Shown here one piece after another: positions 1 through 8,810 of a stretch of DNA of 64,000 nucleotides; position 1 is the stretch's first letter; every line of letters begins with the position of its first letter. The notes beneath the pieces were generated by a model. It saw only the letters and a program-made list of their open reading frames with translations, made no database searches and was not told where the DNA came from. The translations under genes were made by a program, and so were the position numbers. Origin of the DNA: Kiritimatiellia bacterium (GTDB lineage Bacteria; Verrucomicrobiota; Kiritimatiellia; RFP12; UBA1067); contig JAZRWB010000061.1 of the NCBI GenBank assembly GCA_045599445.1, positions 12,623-76,622 on the forward strand, read 5' to 3'.

Positions 1-973
1 TAACGCAGGCAGGCATCGTAACCGATTTAATTGATGCACAACCCTTAAATGCTTCATTACCAATACTGGCAACAGTTGAAGGCATCTCAACCGACGCAAG
101 ACCACTACAACCATAAAATGCACGATAGCCAATACTAGCCACACCCTCTGGCATCGTCACTGATGTAAGTCCGATACAGCAAGAAAACGCTTCAGCACCA
201 ATTCTTGTAACACCAGGCGGCAACTCTATCGATTCCAGCTTCTCACAGCCGTTAAACATTTCGTTATAAATATCGGTAGCATTTTGGTCAACAACCACTT
301 TCTTAATGATCTTATATGCATCTGGAAATGTCGCCGACAGCATTGTTACACACGTCGGTATTGTTACCGTCTTTATTCCACCGCAATCACTAAACACATA
401 ACTGCCAATGTATGTTATACTTGATGGCATCGTCACAGATTCAAGCTCGCTACAGTAGGAAAACGCACTCTCTTCAATACGCGTCACAGAATTTGGTATC
501 ACAATAGATGTTAATTTTTGACACCCCATAAATGTGGCTACGTCAATACTCACTACGCCACTCGGTATCGTCAATGATGTAAGCATAACACAGTTAGCAA
601 ACGCATAACTACCAATATTCGTGACACTATTAGGTATAGCTACCGAATCCAACTCAATACAAGAACTAAACGCCCATTCGCCAATACATACAACACTTGA
701 TGGTATTGTTACCGAGGTCAGCTTGCTACACCCAGCAAACGCATATCCACCAATCCTCGTCACTGGATATCCGTCTATTACCGACGGAATCATTATCGCG
801 CCAGCAGTTGATTTCGGAACAGCCGTCGTAGATGACGAATCACTGCCAATACTCGCCTCGCCATTACTAATAGTATATGTCCACTTAATACCAGTATTTG
901 AATCCGTCCAAGTATAGACCGCAAAGACACTAAATGACATTAAGGCGCATAATATCGCAACAATCTTTTTCAT
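1..973 (-). CDS. BspA-type leucine-rich-repeat surface protein, N-terminal part (gene runs off the left edge)
   Basis: ATG at 973..971 preceded by a GGAG RBS. Signal peptide MKKIVAILCALMSFSVFA. Repeated ~23-aa units of the form IPSSVxxIGxxAFxxCxxLTSVTIP, typical of BspA/LRR_5 repeats. No stop codon before position 1. Confidence 0.8.
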   Translation of the reverse strand, partial: MKKIVAILCALMSFSVFAVYTWTDSNTGIKWTYTISNGEASIGSDSSSTTAVPKSTAGAIMIPSVIDGYPVTRIGGYAFAGCSKLTSVTIPSSVVCIGEWAFSSCIELDSVAIPNSVTNIGSYAFANCVMLTSLTIPSGVVSIDVATFMGCQKLTSIVIPNSVTRIEESAFSYCSELESVTMPSSITYIGSYVFSDCGGIKTVTIPTCVTMLSATFPDAYKIIKKVVVDQNATDIYNEMFNGCEKLESIELPPGVTRIGAEAFSCCIGLTSVTMPEGVASIGYRAFYGCSGLASVEMPSTVASIGNEAFKGCASIKSVTMPACV

Positions 974-1025
974 GTTTCTACTCCTTAATCTGCACTTCAA
1001 TCAAGCGCTCTCCACCCTCGCGCAG

Positions 1026-1115
1026 AAAAAAAAGAGTGGCGTGCCTTCAAATTTATGTCTTAAAGGAGGCACCGCTAAGAGCCCGAGATAAAACATAAAT
1101 AGAAGACACGCCACA
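1026..1115 (-). terminator. Candidate intrinsic terminator (read on minus strand)
   Basis: An 8-bp GC-rich stem, gtggcgtg (revcomp of plus 1108-1115) pairing with cacgccac (revcomp of plus 1036-1043), encloses nested helices and is followed by a U8 run (plus 1026-1033 A8). Confidence 0.4.
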
Positions 1116-1348
1116 TGGAATTTACCACGTAGCGCACCTACATACTTCGCTTTATCTCTTGGAAATTAGCGGTTTCCCTTTAAAGCTCAGTACGCAAGTT
1201 GCGTACGTTGTCAGGATCCTTTTGGGAGTTCCCAACTCCTCTCCTCGGCTCGTTGTGGACACCGATTTTGAGGTTTTGGCCTCGACGATTTCTCGCCTCA
1301 GCCCGATAGCGGGCGCAACTGCCACCCGCCGATGTCAAAGATCAATGT
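1040..1348 (-). ncRNA. Candidate ~320-nt structured RNA or long 5' leader upstream of the BspA-like gene
   Basis: Bounded by the extended -10 promoter at 1353-1367 (minus: TGTGGTATAATAG) and the terminator at 1026-1115. Contains the hairpin gtacgca-act-tgcgtac (~1213-1229). The six-frame ORFs here look non-coding. No known RNA family recognised. Confidence 0.3.
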
Positions 1349-1352
1349 GCGC

Positions 1353-1367
1353 CTATTATACCACAAC
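1353..1367 (-). promoter_or_regulatory. Extended -10 promoter (TGTGGTATAAT) firing leftward
   Basis: Minus strand reads TGTGGTATAATAG, matching the motif found upstream of many genes in this window. A -35-like TTGGCG sits ~17 bp upstream. Confidence 0.45.
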
Positions 1368-1434
1368 GCCCTCGCCAACAGCAACTGCAATTATTTCCGA
1401 CACATTTTATCACTATTGCCCCTGGTATCGACCA

Positions 1435-1582
1435 AACTGTTATATAAGAGATGCTATTGCCTTATATAGAACTTGTCAATGCGTCATATACCGCCCACCA
1501 AACCGTAATATAACGCAAAATCAACTGTTATATAACGCCCAACCAACTGTTATATAACGCTCGGACAACCGTTATATAACAC
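1435..1582. repeat. Iteron-like array of 7 units at exact 22-bp phase, consensus AACYGTTATATAACGC
   Basis: Units start at 1435, 1457, 1479, 1501, 1523, 1545 and 1567. The four right-hand units are near-identical. The core GTTATATAAC is a perfect 10-bp palindrome. The array is flanked by AT-richer sequence. Confidence 0.75.
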
Positions 1583-1932
1583 TTACCCTATACCCTTGGC
1601 ACCCTTCATCCGCACCGAAAGCGGCAAACGAAAAATACCTCTAATTGACCGAGCGTACGCGAAGGTCTCGTTGCGGAACGAAGGGATGGAAAGCGGTTTG
1701 GCGCACTTCGCAGCGACGGCAAAAAAAGGCGGAATGACCCGATTTCGACGCGCCGCCCTCGTAGCGAAGCGAGAGGTAAAAGGCCGCGAAATCGATGTCA
1801 TACCCGACTTTTACGCCGGAAGGTTGGAGTGTATTCACGACAACCTTAGTGAGAATAGGCGGCCAAACCGCTTTTCATCCCGTAGTGACGCTATCGCGAT
1901 GCCAGAAACGAGCTTATCGCCTTCTCGTTCCG

Positions 1933-2506
1933 CTACCAAAATTGCCAGTTTCCGGTGGCGACGACCCATGCGCCGAGGACGAGATTAGTCGTAGCGTGGG
2001 CGAGGACGGCGGCGAAGAGGCCGCGCTTCAGATACAAAAGTCCGTAGACCATTCCCGCTATCGCTCCGACGAGCCAGCGATCGTGCTCGATTGCGAAAAG
2101 CGCGACCATCCACCAAAATCCGGCAAATCCTATAAGCCATTTGCGAAAGAAGAGCTCCTCGGCGACGGAAATCACCAACGCACTTCCCGCGAGCCGAACG
2201 GCGATCAGCACTGCGTCGCTTTCGGCTATCGCTTCGGTTCCGCCCTCGCCGAGAATGCACCACTCGCGATAGAACGCAAATCGCTCGGGCGCGACCCAAA
2301 TTACGAAAACCGCAATGCCCGCGACGAGTCCAATTACGGCATCAGACCATTTGAGCGGCTTCCAGTCGATTGCGCGGAACCCCCAAACGAGCGCGAGCGC
2401 GACGAGAATCGTGCGCACGGCGTAGGCGAGCGGCGTCGCCGGCAACGCCGCCATCGCGACCATCCACAGAGCGTACGGAAGAATCAGCCGAATGTTTTCG
2501 CGCTTC
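1933..2506 (-). CDS. CPBP-family (CAAX/Abi) intramembrane metalloprotease
   Basis: Motif EELFFRKWL followed by a second motif with His residues, and multiple TM helices. Start is proposed as GTG at 2506 in a GTGA overlap with the upstream stop. The ORF-track ATG at 2610 would overlap the upstream gene by 100 bp. Confidence 0.6.
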
Positions 2507-3074
2507 ACAGCCACTCCCTCAATTTCGCCGCGAGCTTCTTCGCGCAAAACGCGCGGTTTTCCTCGAACTGTCCGACCATCGACCCCTTCCCGTGGACGTT
2601 GGTAACGCACTTAATCGAGACGAACTTCACGCCGCGCTGATTGCAAACATCGGCAATGGCCGCGCCTTCCATATCGCGCAACTCGCACCCGAGCTTGCGA
2701 AAAAGCGCAAGATCTCCGTCATCGTCGGTGAAGCGGTCGCCGGTTGCGAGCACAAGCCCTTCGTCGCCGACGGGAATGTAGGGACTCGTGCGTCCGTCCT
2801 TTACCCCGACTTCGGTGTGGTTGAGCTTGGCAAGGTCGAAGTCGTATTCAACCGCCGCCTTGACGCGATAGACGTCGCCGACATTCATCTTTTCCCCGAA
2901 ACCGCCGCAAAACCCGACGTTGACGACTTCGGTCGCGCCGTCCTTGATCGCCTCGGTGGCAGTGGCAGCGGCATTGACCTTGCCGATGCCCGAAATATAA
3001 AGCCGATCGTCGCTTTTCAGAAACGGACGCACCGCGTCCGCTTCGTCAGCCATTGCAATGACGAACGCCCGCAT
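2505..3074 (-). CDS. mtnN: MTA/SAH nucleosidase family protein (Pfs/MtnN or futalosine hydrolase MqnB-like)
   Basis: PNP_UDP_1 fold. The N-terminus MRAFVIAMADEADAV matches the MKIGIIGAMEEE region of MTANs. Start chosen at M9 of the listed ORF. Confidence 0.7.
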   Translation of the reverse strand: MRAFVIAMADEADAVRPFLKSDDRLYISGIGKVNAAATATEAIKDGATEVVNVGFCGGFGEKMNVGDVYRVKAAVEYDFDLAKLNHTEVGVKDGRTSPYIPVGDEGLVLATGDRFTDDDGDLALFRKLGCELRDMEGAAIADVCNQRGVKFVSIKCVTNVHGKGSMVGQFEENRAFCAKKLAAKLREWL

Positions 3075-4263
3075 CGAAGTCCTTTTTCGCCTTTTCAAAA
3101 TCCACGGTCGGGAACTCGCCCTTCCGATAGAGCGTCTTGCCGCCGACGATCGTTTCCTCGACGTCGCTCGCGTGCATCGAGTGGACGATTAGATTCGCAA
3201 CGTCCAGCGTCGGGCGGAGGTGGAGCTTTTCCATGTCGACGACGCAAAGATCCGCGAGATACCCCGCCTTGAGTTCGCCGACGTCCGCAAGATTCAGCGC
3301 CTTCGCGCCGTTCTTCGTCGCCATTTCAATAATCTCCCAAACCGAAAGCGCCGTCGGGTCTTTCGCAAGTCCCTTGTGGATCAGCGAGGCGAGGTGCATT
3401 TCCTCGAACATGTCGAGATTGTCGTTCGAGGCGCAACCGTCGGTGCCGAGCGCGACGTTGACGCCAAGTTCTATCGCGCGACGGATTCGTGCAAACCCGC
3501 TTCCGAGCTTCATATTGCTGGACGGATTGTGGACGAGCGAAACTCCCTTCTCACGCATAATCGCGAAATCCTCGTCGGTGCAGTAAACGCAATGCGCCGC
3601 GTAGCCGCCTGCGTCCAAGAGCCCCGTTTTCGCAAGATACGCAATCGGCGTCATACCGTGGCGTGCAATACACTCGGCATGCTCCTTCTCGGTCTCGGAA
3701 ACGTGGACGTTGAGGGGTTTTTTCAGCTCGCGATTCGCCTCGGCGAGCGCCCGGCAATACTTCTCGTCGGTCAGATACTCGGAGTGAACGCACAGGTGGC
3801 GACAGGCGCCGCCGCGCGTAAAGTTGACGGAATCTTCAAGCCGTCCTTCGATGAACGACAACCCCACTCGACAGGTAAAGCCGCGCATTCCTATATCTTG
3901 AAGCGCCTTTTCGCAAGCCCAAGGAAAATCGTACATGTCGGCGACACAAGTCGTTCCGCCCGCAAGCATTTCCAGTATTCCCCAAACCATGCCCGCGCGA
4001 ACGTCCTCTTCGGACATCTTCGCCTCGGCGGGGAATATCTTCTCGTTGAGCCAGCGGTCGAGCGGCAGCCCGCCGCCCAGCCCGCGCACCAGCGTCATCG
4101 GCGTATGCCCGTGGCAGTTAATTAGCCCCGGCATCACCAACCGCACCGGGTCGCAATTGCGTTCGCGGATCTCGGCGATTCGCTCGCCTTCAAGGACGAC
4201 ATCGCCCTTGCCGATTCGACGATCGGGCAGGACGAGATAGGCGTTTTCAAGGATTCTGCTCAT
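3046..4263 (-). CDS. mtaD: Amidohydrolase of the MtaD/chlorohydrolase family (MTA/SAH deaminase or aminofutalosine deaminase)
   Basis: Metal-binding MPGLINCHGHTPMTL and downstream HxH/D motifs of the TRZ/ATZ-MtaD family. 405 aa. Confidence 0.75.
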   Translation of the reverse strand: MSRILENAYLVLPDRRIGKGDVVLEGERIAEIRERNCDPVRLVMPGLINCHGHTPMTLVRGLGGGLPLDRWLNEKIFPAEAKMSEEDVRAGMVWGILEMLAGGTTCVADMYDFPWACEKALQDIGMRGFTCRVGLSFIEGRLEDSVNFTRGGACRHLCVHSEYLTDEKYCRALAEANRELKKPLNVHVSETEKEHAECIARHGMTPIAYLAKTGLLDAGGYAAHCVYCTDEDFAIMREKGVSLVHNPSSNMKLGSGFARIRRAIELGVNVALGTDGCASNDNLDMFEEMHLASLIHKGLAKDPTALSVWEIIEMATKNGAKALNLADVGELKAGYLADLCVVDMEKLHLRPTLDVANLIVHSMHASDVEETIVGGKTLYRKGEFPTVDFEKAKKDFDAGVRHCNG

Positions 4264-4883
4264 ACGTTTTCAAGTATATCATTTACCGCCTGGTCTATCA
4301 ATTCGGGGACTTTAATCGGCAAAACGTGCTCGTTGCCGGCGACCATCGTTACCTTCGCTTGCGGAAATATCTCCTTCAGAAATGTCGCGTTGTTCGGCCG
4401 GACGATTCCGTCGCGCTCGCTTTGGAAAATCGCGACCGGAAAATCCGTCTTGCCGAGCGCCTTCAACTCCGGCCTTAAATCGGCGACGCCGAGATACTCA
4501 AGCCCGCGCCGCATGTTCTCGGGCGCGTAAAGCGGCGAGGGATCGTCCCGAAAAAGCATTTCCGTCCCCAGAAGAAACGCCTTGAGCCGCCGCTCGCTCA
4601 TACCCGCCCAATCCGTCGCAGGATCGCTCGTCATCCTCGGCGTCGCCGAGACAAGCACCAGCCCTTTCACCTTTTCCGGATACTTCAAAAGCGTTTTCAG
4701 CGCGAACGACCCGCCCATCGAAAACCCGACGAGCACGACCTCGTCGAAGTCGCGAATTACCTTCTCGTGAACGCCTTCCATCTCTTCGAGATAGCTGAAA
4801 ATCCAATCGTGCGGAAACGTGCAAAGATCCCACGTCTCCGGCCCCGCCGCCCAACCGTTAAATACGAGCGATCTCATCGACAA
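4260..4883 (-). CDS. Alpha/beta-fold hydrolase (BioH-like esterase)
   Basis: GFSMGG nucleophile elbow, ~207 aa. Overlaps neighbouring genes by 4 and 26 nt, indicating an operon. Confidence 0.6.
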   Translation of the reverse strand: MSMRSLVFNGWAAGPETWDLCTFPHDWIFSYLEEMEGVHEKVIRDFDEVVLVGFSMGGSFALKTLLKYPEKVKGLVLVSATPRMTSDPATDWAGMSERRLKAFLLGTEMLFRDDPSPLYAPENMRRGLEYLGVADLRPELKALGKTDFPVAIFQSERDGIVRPNNATFLKEIFPQAKVTMVAGNEHVLPIKVPELIDQAVNDILENV

Positions 4884-5466
4884 TCCTTTTGGCTACCGCC
4901 AGTTTGGTCATCAGCGGAAAGCGTCTGATCTCGCCGTTCGGATAAACGAAGGCGACGCGATTTAAGTCCGAGCCGAATCCCGCGTCCGCGCGACTAACGT
5001 CGTTGGCGACGATGAACTCAAGGCGCTTTTCCTGGCACTTGCGCGCCGCCTCCTCGATAACGTCGTTCGTCTCCGCCGCAAACCCGATCTTTTTCATCCC
5101 GCGCACGCTTTTGAGGATATCGGGATTGCGGACGAGCTTCAGCGTCCCTTCCATCTCGCGCTTTTTGAGCTTCCGCTTCGCGCATTTCGCAGGCCGCCAA
5201 TCAGCAACGGCGGCGACGGCAATCAGCAACTCGCCCTTCGCCCGCTTCACCGCCTTAAGCATTTCCCGCGCGCTCGTAACGTCCACTCGCTTTACGCCCT
5301 TCGGAGTTGCGAGCGCAACCGGCCCTGCAATTAGCGTAACCGCGTGTCCGCGCCGCGCCGCTTCCGCCGCGACCGCGAAGCCCATCTTGCCGGTCGAGGG
5401 ATTCGAGAGAAACCTCACGGGGTCGAGATGTTCGCGCGTCGGTCCTGCGGTAACGACAATCTTCAT
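4858..5466 (-). CDS. coaB: Phosphopantothenate-cysteine ligase (CoaB domain only)
   Basis: IVVTAGPTREHLDPVRFLSNPSTGKMG matches the CoaB/DFP signature. 202 aa with no CoaC domain. ATGA overlap with djlA stop. Confidence 0.8.
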   Translation of the reverse strand: MKIVVTAGPTREHLDPVRFLSNPSTGKMGFAVAAEAARRGHAVTLIAGPVALATPKGVKRVDVTSAREMLKAVKRAKGELLIAVAAVADWRPAKCAKRKLKKREMEGTLKLVRNPDILKSVRGMKKIGFAAETNDVIEEAARKCQEKRLEFIVANDVSRADAGFGSDLNRVAFVYPNGEIRRFPLMTKLAVAKRIVDEIARI

Positions 5467-6161
5467 ATTCCGCGTTCCTCGCGAATTTCCTTCCAGGCGG
5501 CGTTGATTCGACTCATCCGCTCCTCCGCCTTTCCGATCATCTCCTCCGGAAGTCCTTGCGCGCGCAAGGCGTCGGGATGGTATTTGCGGGCGAGTTCGCG
5601 ATAACGCGCTTTCAGCTGCTCGTTCGATTCGTAGCTCTTCACCCCGAGCACCATATACGCCTCTTTCGTCGGATCGACGAACACACCGCGCTTACCGAGG
5701 CGAACGCCGAGGAAGTACTTGTACCAGGCAATGCGGATTCCGAGTGGCCTCGGGATGCGCTGGAGAATCAAAAGCTCGTTCGGCGAGACCTCGCCGTCGG
5801 CGCTCGCGATGTCCCAAAGGATTTCATAGACGAGTTCGCGAATCTCGATCGACTTGATCGCGCGCGCGAAAACCCGCGCGTAGTCGTAGACCGAAACCTC
5901 GTCGTCCTTCGCCTTGCGGAACGAATCGATGGCAATGGCGCGCGTCGCCTCGCCAAATCCAAGCCGAACGAACGCGCCTTCGACTTCGCGAATTTCGTCG
6001 TCGGTAACGACGCCGTCGGCTTTCGCCATCTTTGCGAGCAACGCCGCCGTGGTACGATAGAAGAGATTCGACTTCTCTTCCGTACTTAAATTCGGACGCT
6101 TGCCGAAGGAAAACCCCGTAAGCGACTCTAAATAATCGCGGATAGCTTTTCCAATGCCCAT
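5463..6161 (-). CDS. djlA: DjlA-like co-chaperone (TerB-like domain plus C-terminal J domain)
   Basis: C-terminal J domain (YRELARKYHPD...), N-terminal TerB-like region. Confidence 0.6.
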   Translation of the reverse strand: MGIGKAIRDYLESLTGFSFGKRPNLSTEEKSNLFYRTTAALLAKMAKADGVVTDDEIREVEGAFVRLGFGEATRAIAIDSFRKAKDDEVSVYDYARVFARAIKSIEIRELVYEILWDIASADGEVSPNELLILQRIPRPLGIRIAWYKYFLGVRLGKRGVFVDPTKEAYMVLGVKSYESNEQLKARYRELARKYHPDALRAQGLPEEMIGKAEERMSRINAAWKEIREERGI

Positions 6162-6436
6162 TGCGAGCTTGCTCCTTTCACCAATATCCTTTTCGTTTTC
6201 GCGCTTTCGCCGCTCTTGATCGCAAGTGCGCTCTTGGCGACGCCGAGCGCCTCCGCAAGCGTCTCCACGAGCTCGCGATTCGCCTTGCCGTCCACCGGCG
6301 CGCTTTTTACACGAACCTTGATCGCGTCGCCGACGACCCCGTCCACGCCGGAGCGCGATGACTTCGGTTGGACGCGAACATTCAGGATAACGCCCTCAGC
6401 GCTTGCCGAAAAGATAGATTTTGTTTTCGTTTCCAT
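6128..6436 (-). CDS. DUF167/YggU family protein
   Basis: ~100 aa with VKPKSSR...V.V...P.DGKAN..L...L pattern of UPF0235. Confidence 0.6.
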   Translation of the reverse strand: METKTKSIFSASAEGVILNVRVQPKSSRSGVDGVVGDAIKVRVKSAPVDGKANRELVETLAEALGVAKSALAIKSGESAKTKRILVKGASSQWALEKLSAII

Positions 6437-6992
6437 GCACGAGCCGCCCGATATTCGAGCGATGTTTGAAGATGATGAAAGCGGCGATAACGCTCACGAG
6501 AACGCATTGCGCGATATCGTGGTAACCGACCGTTCCGAGGCACGGGAACCAGATTACGACAATCAAGAACGCCGCCGCCGTGCAACTGCCGAGCGAAATG
6601 TAGTGCGAAAGCGCGAAGACGACCGCGAATACTGCGAACGCTACCCCAACGACGCCGGGAATCAGCCCCAACAGCATGCCAAACGCCGTGGCGACACCCT
6701 TCCCGCCGCGAAACTTCATGTAAGGCGTGAGCATGTGACCGATTACGCAAGTGATGCCGACCCAAATCGCAATCCCGCAAGGCGCGAACATCGTCGGCAA
6801 AAATCCCTTCAAGACGTCGAGCGCAAACGCCAAAAGTCCCCAACCCTTTCCGACCGTGCGAAAAACGTTGGTTGCGCCGATGTTCTTGGAGCCGACCGTG
6901 CGCACGTCGACGCCGCGCGACTTGCCGATCAGAAATCCAAACGGAATTCCGCCAATCAAATAGGCGGCGATAAGCCAAAGCGAGGTTTCCAT
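6396..6992 (-). CDS. plsY: Glycerol-3-phosphate acyltransferase PlsY
   Basis: GSKNIGATN motif. ~198 aa polytopic membrane protein. Confidence 0.85.
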   Translation of the reverse strand: METSLWLIAAYLIGGIPFGFLIGKSRGVDVRTVGSKNIGATNVFRTVGKGWGLLAFALDVLKGFLPTMFAPCGIAIWVGITCVIGHMLTPYMKFRGGKGVATAFGMLLGLIPGVVGVAFAVFAVVFALSHYISLGSCTAAAFLIVVIWFPCLGTVGYHDIAQCVLVSVIAAFIIFKHRSNIGRLVHGNENKIYLFGKR

Positions 6993-6995
6993 AAT

Positions 6996-7907
6996 TTAAG
7001 GATGATCCTTTCCGATGTATTCGCAAGGCGCCTTGTCGGCGCAAATCCCAAGCGCGAACTTGAACCCGTAGACGACGTGGCTCACGACGACACCCGCCGC
7101 CGTCAGCGCCCAAACGAGCGGATTGAAGTTAAAGGCAGTTACGACGACCAACAGGGCGTATAGGGCGTAAAGTGGCCAAATCCACGGCATAAACGGTAGT
7201 CCGAGCACGAAAAACGTAGGCACGAAGTAGCTCAGCCGAAGCGAATTCGCGGGAAAGCGCTTCGCGAAGTAGCCGCGATGGAACGCGTAGCGAGCGAGCT
7301 GGCGGAGATGCGGGCCGAATACCGCGCGACGATGATGATAGACGACGCACTCGGGATCGTACACGATGCGATGGCCGGCGGCGATGATATCACGACAAAG
7401 TAGCGTATCCTCGCCTGGCCAAAAATCCGTTCGATAGCCGCCAATCGCGTCGAGTACGCGCTTGCGGACAAGCAGATTGCAGCTCGGATAATCGTCGATG
7501 TCGCGCTTCGGGCCAGTCGCCCGATAACGATAGCGGTAGTTGCCGCTCACCAATGGATTTTCGTAGACGAAGCCGCCGATTCGCTCGCGCCATCCGTCAT
7601 TCGGCGGCGTCACCGCCGGTCCGCCGACCGCCCCCACCGACTCGTCCGCGAAATTGGCAATCGCCTTTTCGAGCCAACGCGCGTCGGGATAGGCGTCGTC
7701 GTCGATGAACGCGATAATCTCGCCCTTTGCCTCGCGAATTCCGAGATTGCGCTTTTCGGCGGGACGGACCTTGCCGGTTTTCGCGTCATCGAGCACGATC
7801 GTTTCGTAGTTTCGATAGGTCTGCGCGTCAATCGCCCGCAGACACTCTTCGAGCATCCACGAGCGATTGGGACAGGCGATTACCGCCGAAACCAGCGGTT
7901 CCGCCAT
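6996..7907 (-). CDS. Family 2 glycosyltransferase
   Basis: VIACPNRSWMLEECL...IVLDDA...FIDDDAYP (DxD) GT-A motifs, with C-terminal TM helices. Confidence 0.75.
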   Translation of the reverse strand: MAEPLVSAVIACPNRSWMLEECLRAIDAQTYRNYETIVLDDAKTGKVRPAEKRNLGIREAKGEIIAFIDDDAYPDARWLEKAIANFADESVGAVGGPAVTPPNDGWRERIGGFVYENPLVSGNYRYRYRATGPKRDIDDYPSCNLLVRKRVLDAIGGYRTDFWPGEDTLLCRDIIAAGHRIVYDPECVVYHHRRAVFGPHLRQLARYAFHRGYFAKRFPANSLRLSYFVPTFFVLGLPFMPWIWPLYALYALLVVVTAFNFNPLVWALTAAGVVVSHVVYGFKFALGICADKAPCEYIGKDHP

Positions 7908-8315
7908 TTATTTAAGAACCGTGCAGGTGGTCTTCATGACCGTGCGCTTGACGAGGAACAAGCTCCACCACCGCCAACTGTCGGATTCGGTCACGAGATT
8001 GACGACCTTGTCGGAGCCGACCTCTTTAAGCGCCGCCCTAAGCGAAGCGAGGTTTTCGTCGATCGTGCAACGATTGCGGAAGAAAGTGGCGTTCCACCTT
8101 TCGCGATCTTCGTAAGGCCCTTCCTTCCAAGTCGTGCCCGACTCGAAGGGAATAAGCCCGAGAATCGAATAGGAGATGTTGAAAATATCCACATTCGCGA
8201 GCACGGTCTCGCCATCATCGGTCTTGAGCGCAGTCGCCGGACGACCGATATCGGTATAGGAACAGCACCCGCCAAAGAGCATTGCAAAAACGGAAAGTGC
8301 GAGAATCTTTTTCAT
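7908..8315 (-). CDS. Lipoprotein of unknown function
   Basis: Signal peptide plus lipobox LFGGC. Paralogous to the adjacent 8320..8775 gene. Confidence 0.6.
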   Translation of the reverse strand: MKKILALSVFAMLFGGCCSYTDIGRPATALKTDDGETVLANVDIFNISYSILGLIPFESGTTWKEGPYEDRERWNATFFRNRCTIDENLASLRAALKEVGSDKVVNLVTESDSWRWWSLFLVKRTVMKTTCTVLK

Positions 8316-8319
8316 AATC

Positions 8320-8775
8320 TTAAAGTCCTTTCGCTTCGGTTTCGCTCTTCGTCCGCAATACGCCGGAATAGGTAATCGCCTGATAACCGACGATAGTGTG
8401 GAAAAGGTCGCTCAAGCCAAAGAAGTTCACATCGCACACGCATTTATTGTTGATGACGACATCCACAAGGTCGCAATTCTCCCTCGCGGCGTAGCGGCTG
8501 ATCGCCTCAATCATCCTGTCCGCCTTGAGTTGGTTGGAGAAAAGCTTGGTTCCGCCGGAAAGATCATTGTCCTTTTCGTTCCAAGTCACATCACCGGCGA
8601 CGAGCGGTAGCCACTGGAAAAGATAATACCCCTCGTTGGCGACCATGATTACCCGGTCGGCCTTGCCGTCCGCGCCCTTCACATCCACGCCGGAAAGCGT
8701 CCCCGGCGAAGAGATTATTACGGTCGAGCACCCGCCCAACAATACCGACGCCGCCATAATCATTAACTTTTTCAT
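8320..8775 (-). CDS. Lipoprotein of unknown function (tandem paralog)
   Basis: Signal peptide plus lipobox LLGGC. Shares a D(D/G)G...V(I/L)xVAN...Y...L(P/G)L(I/V) block with 7908..8315. Confidence 0.6.
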   Translation of the reverse strand: MKKLMIMAASVLLGGCSTVIISSPGTLSGVDVKGADGKADRVIMVANEGYYLFQWLPLVAGDVTWNEKDNDLSGGTKLFSNQLKADRMIEAISRYAARENCDLVDVVINNKCVCDVNFFGLSDLFHTIVGYQAITYSGVLRTKSETEAKGL

Positions 8776-8810
8776 TTTGTTTCTCTTTTGATATTAAATT
8801 ATCACTTCAG

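Noticed and set aside
621-917. 98-aa plus-strand ORF
   Set aside because: It lies inside, and antisense to, the BspA-LRR gene, whose repeat structure and start context are clear.
1159-1988. Plus-strand ORFs 1159..1557 and 1596..1988 in the long intergenic region
   Set aside because: They overlap the iteron array, promoter and terminator. There is no RBS, and codon composition is atypical. The region is treated as noncoding RNA or regulatory instead.
2370-4125. Plus-strand ORFs 2370..3272 and 3220..4125, and similar at 5556..6089, 6216..7163, 28334..29683, 37919..39514, 45748..47158, 48111..50669, 50715..52661
   Set aside because: They are antisense to well-supported minus-strand genes (mtnN/mtaD, djlA, plsY, cysE, ilvB, gspF, thrS, purL). 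Composition is Arg/Ala/Pro-rich, with no RBS and no recognisable motifs.
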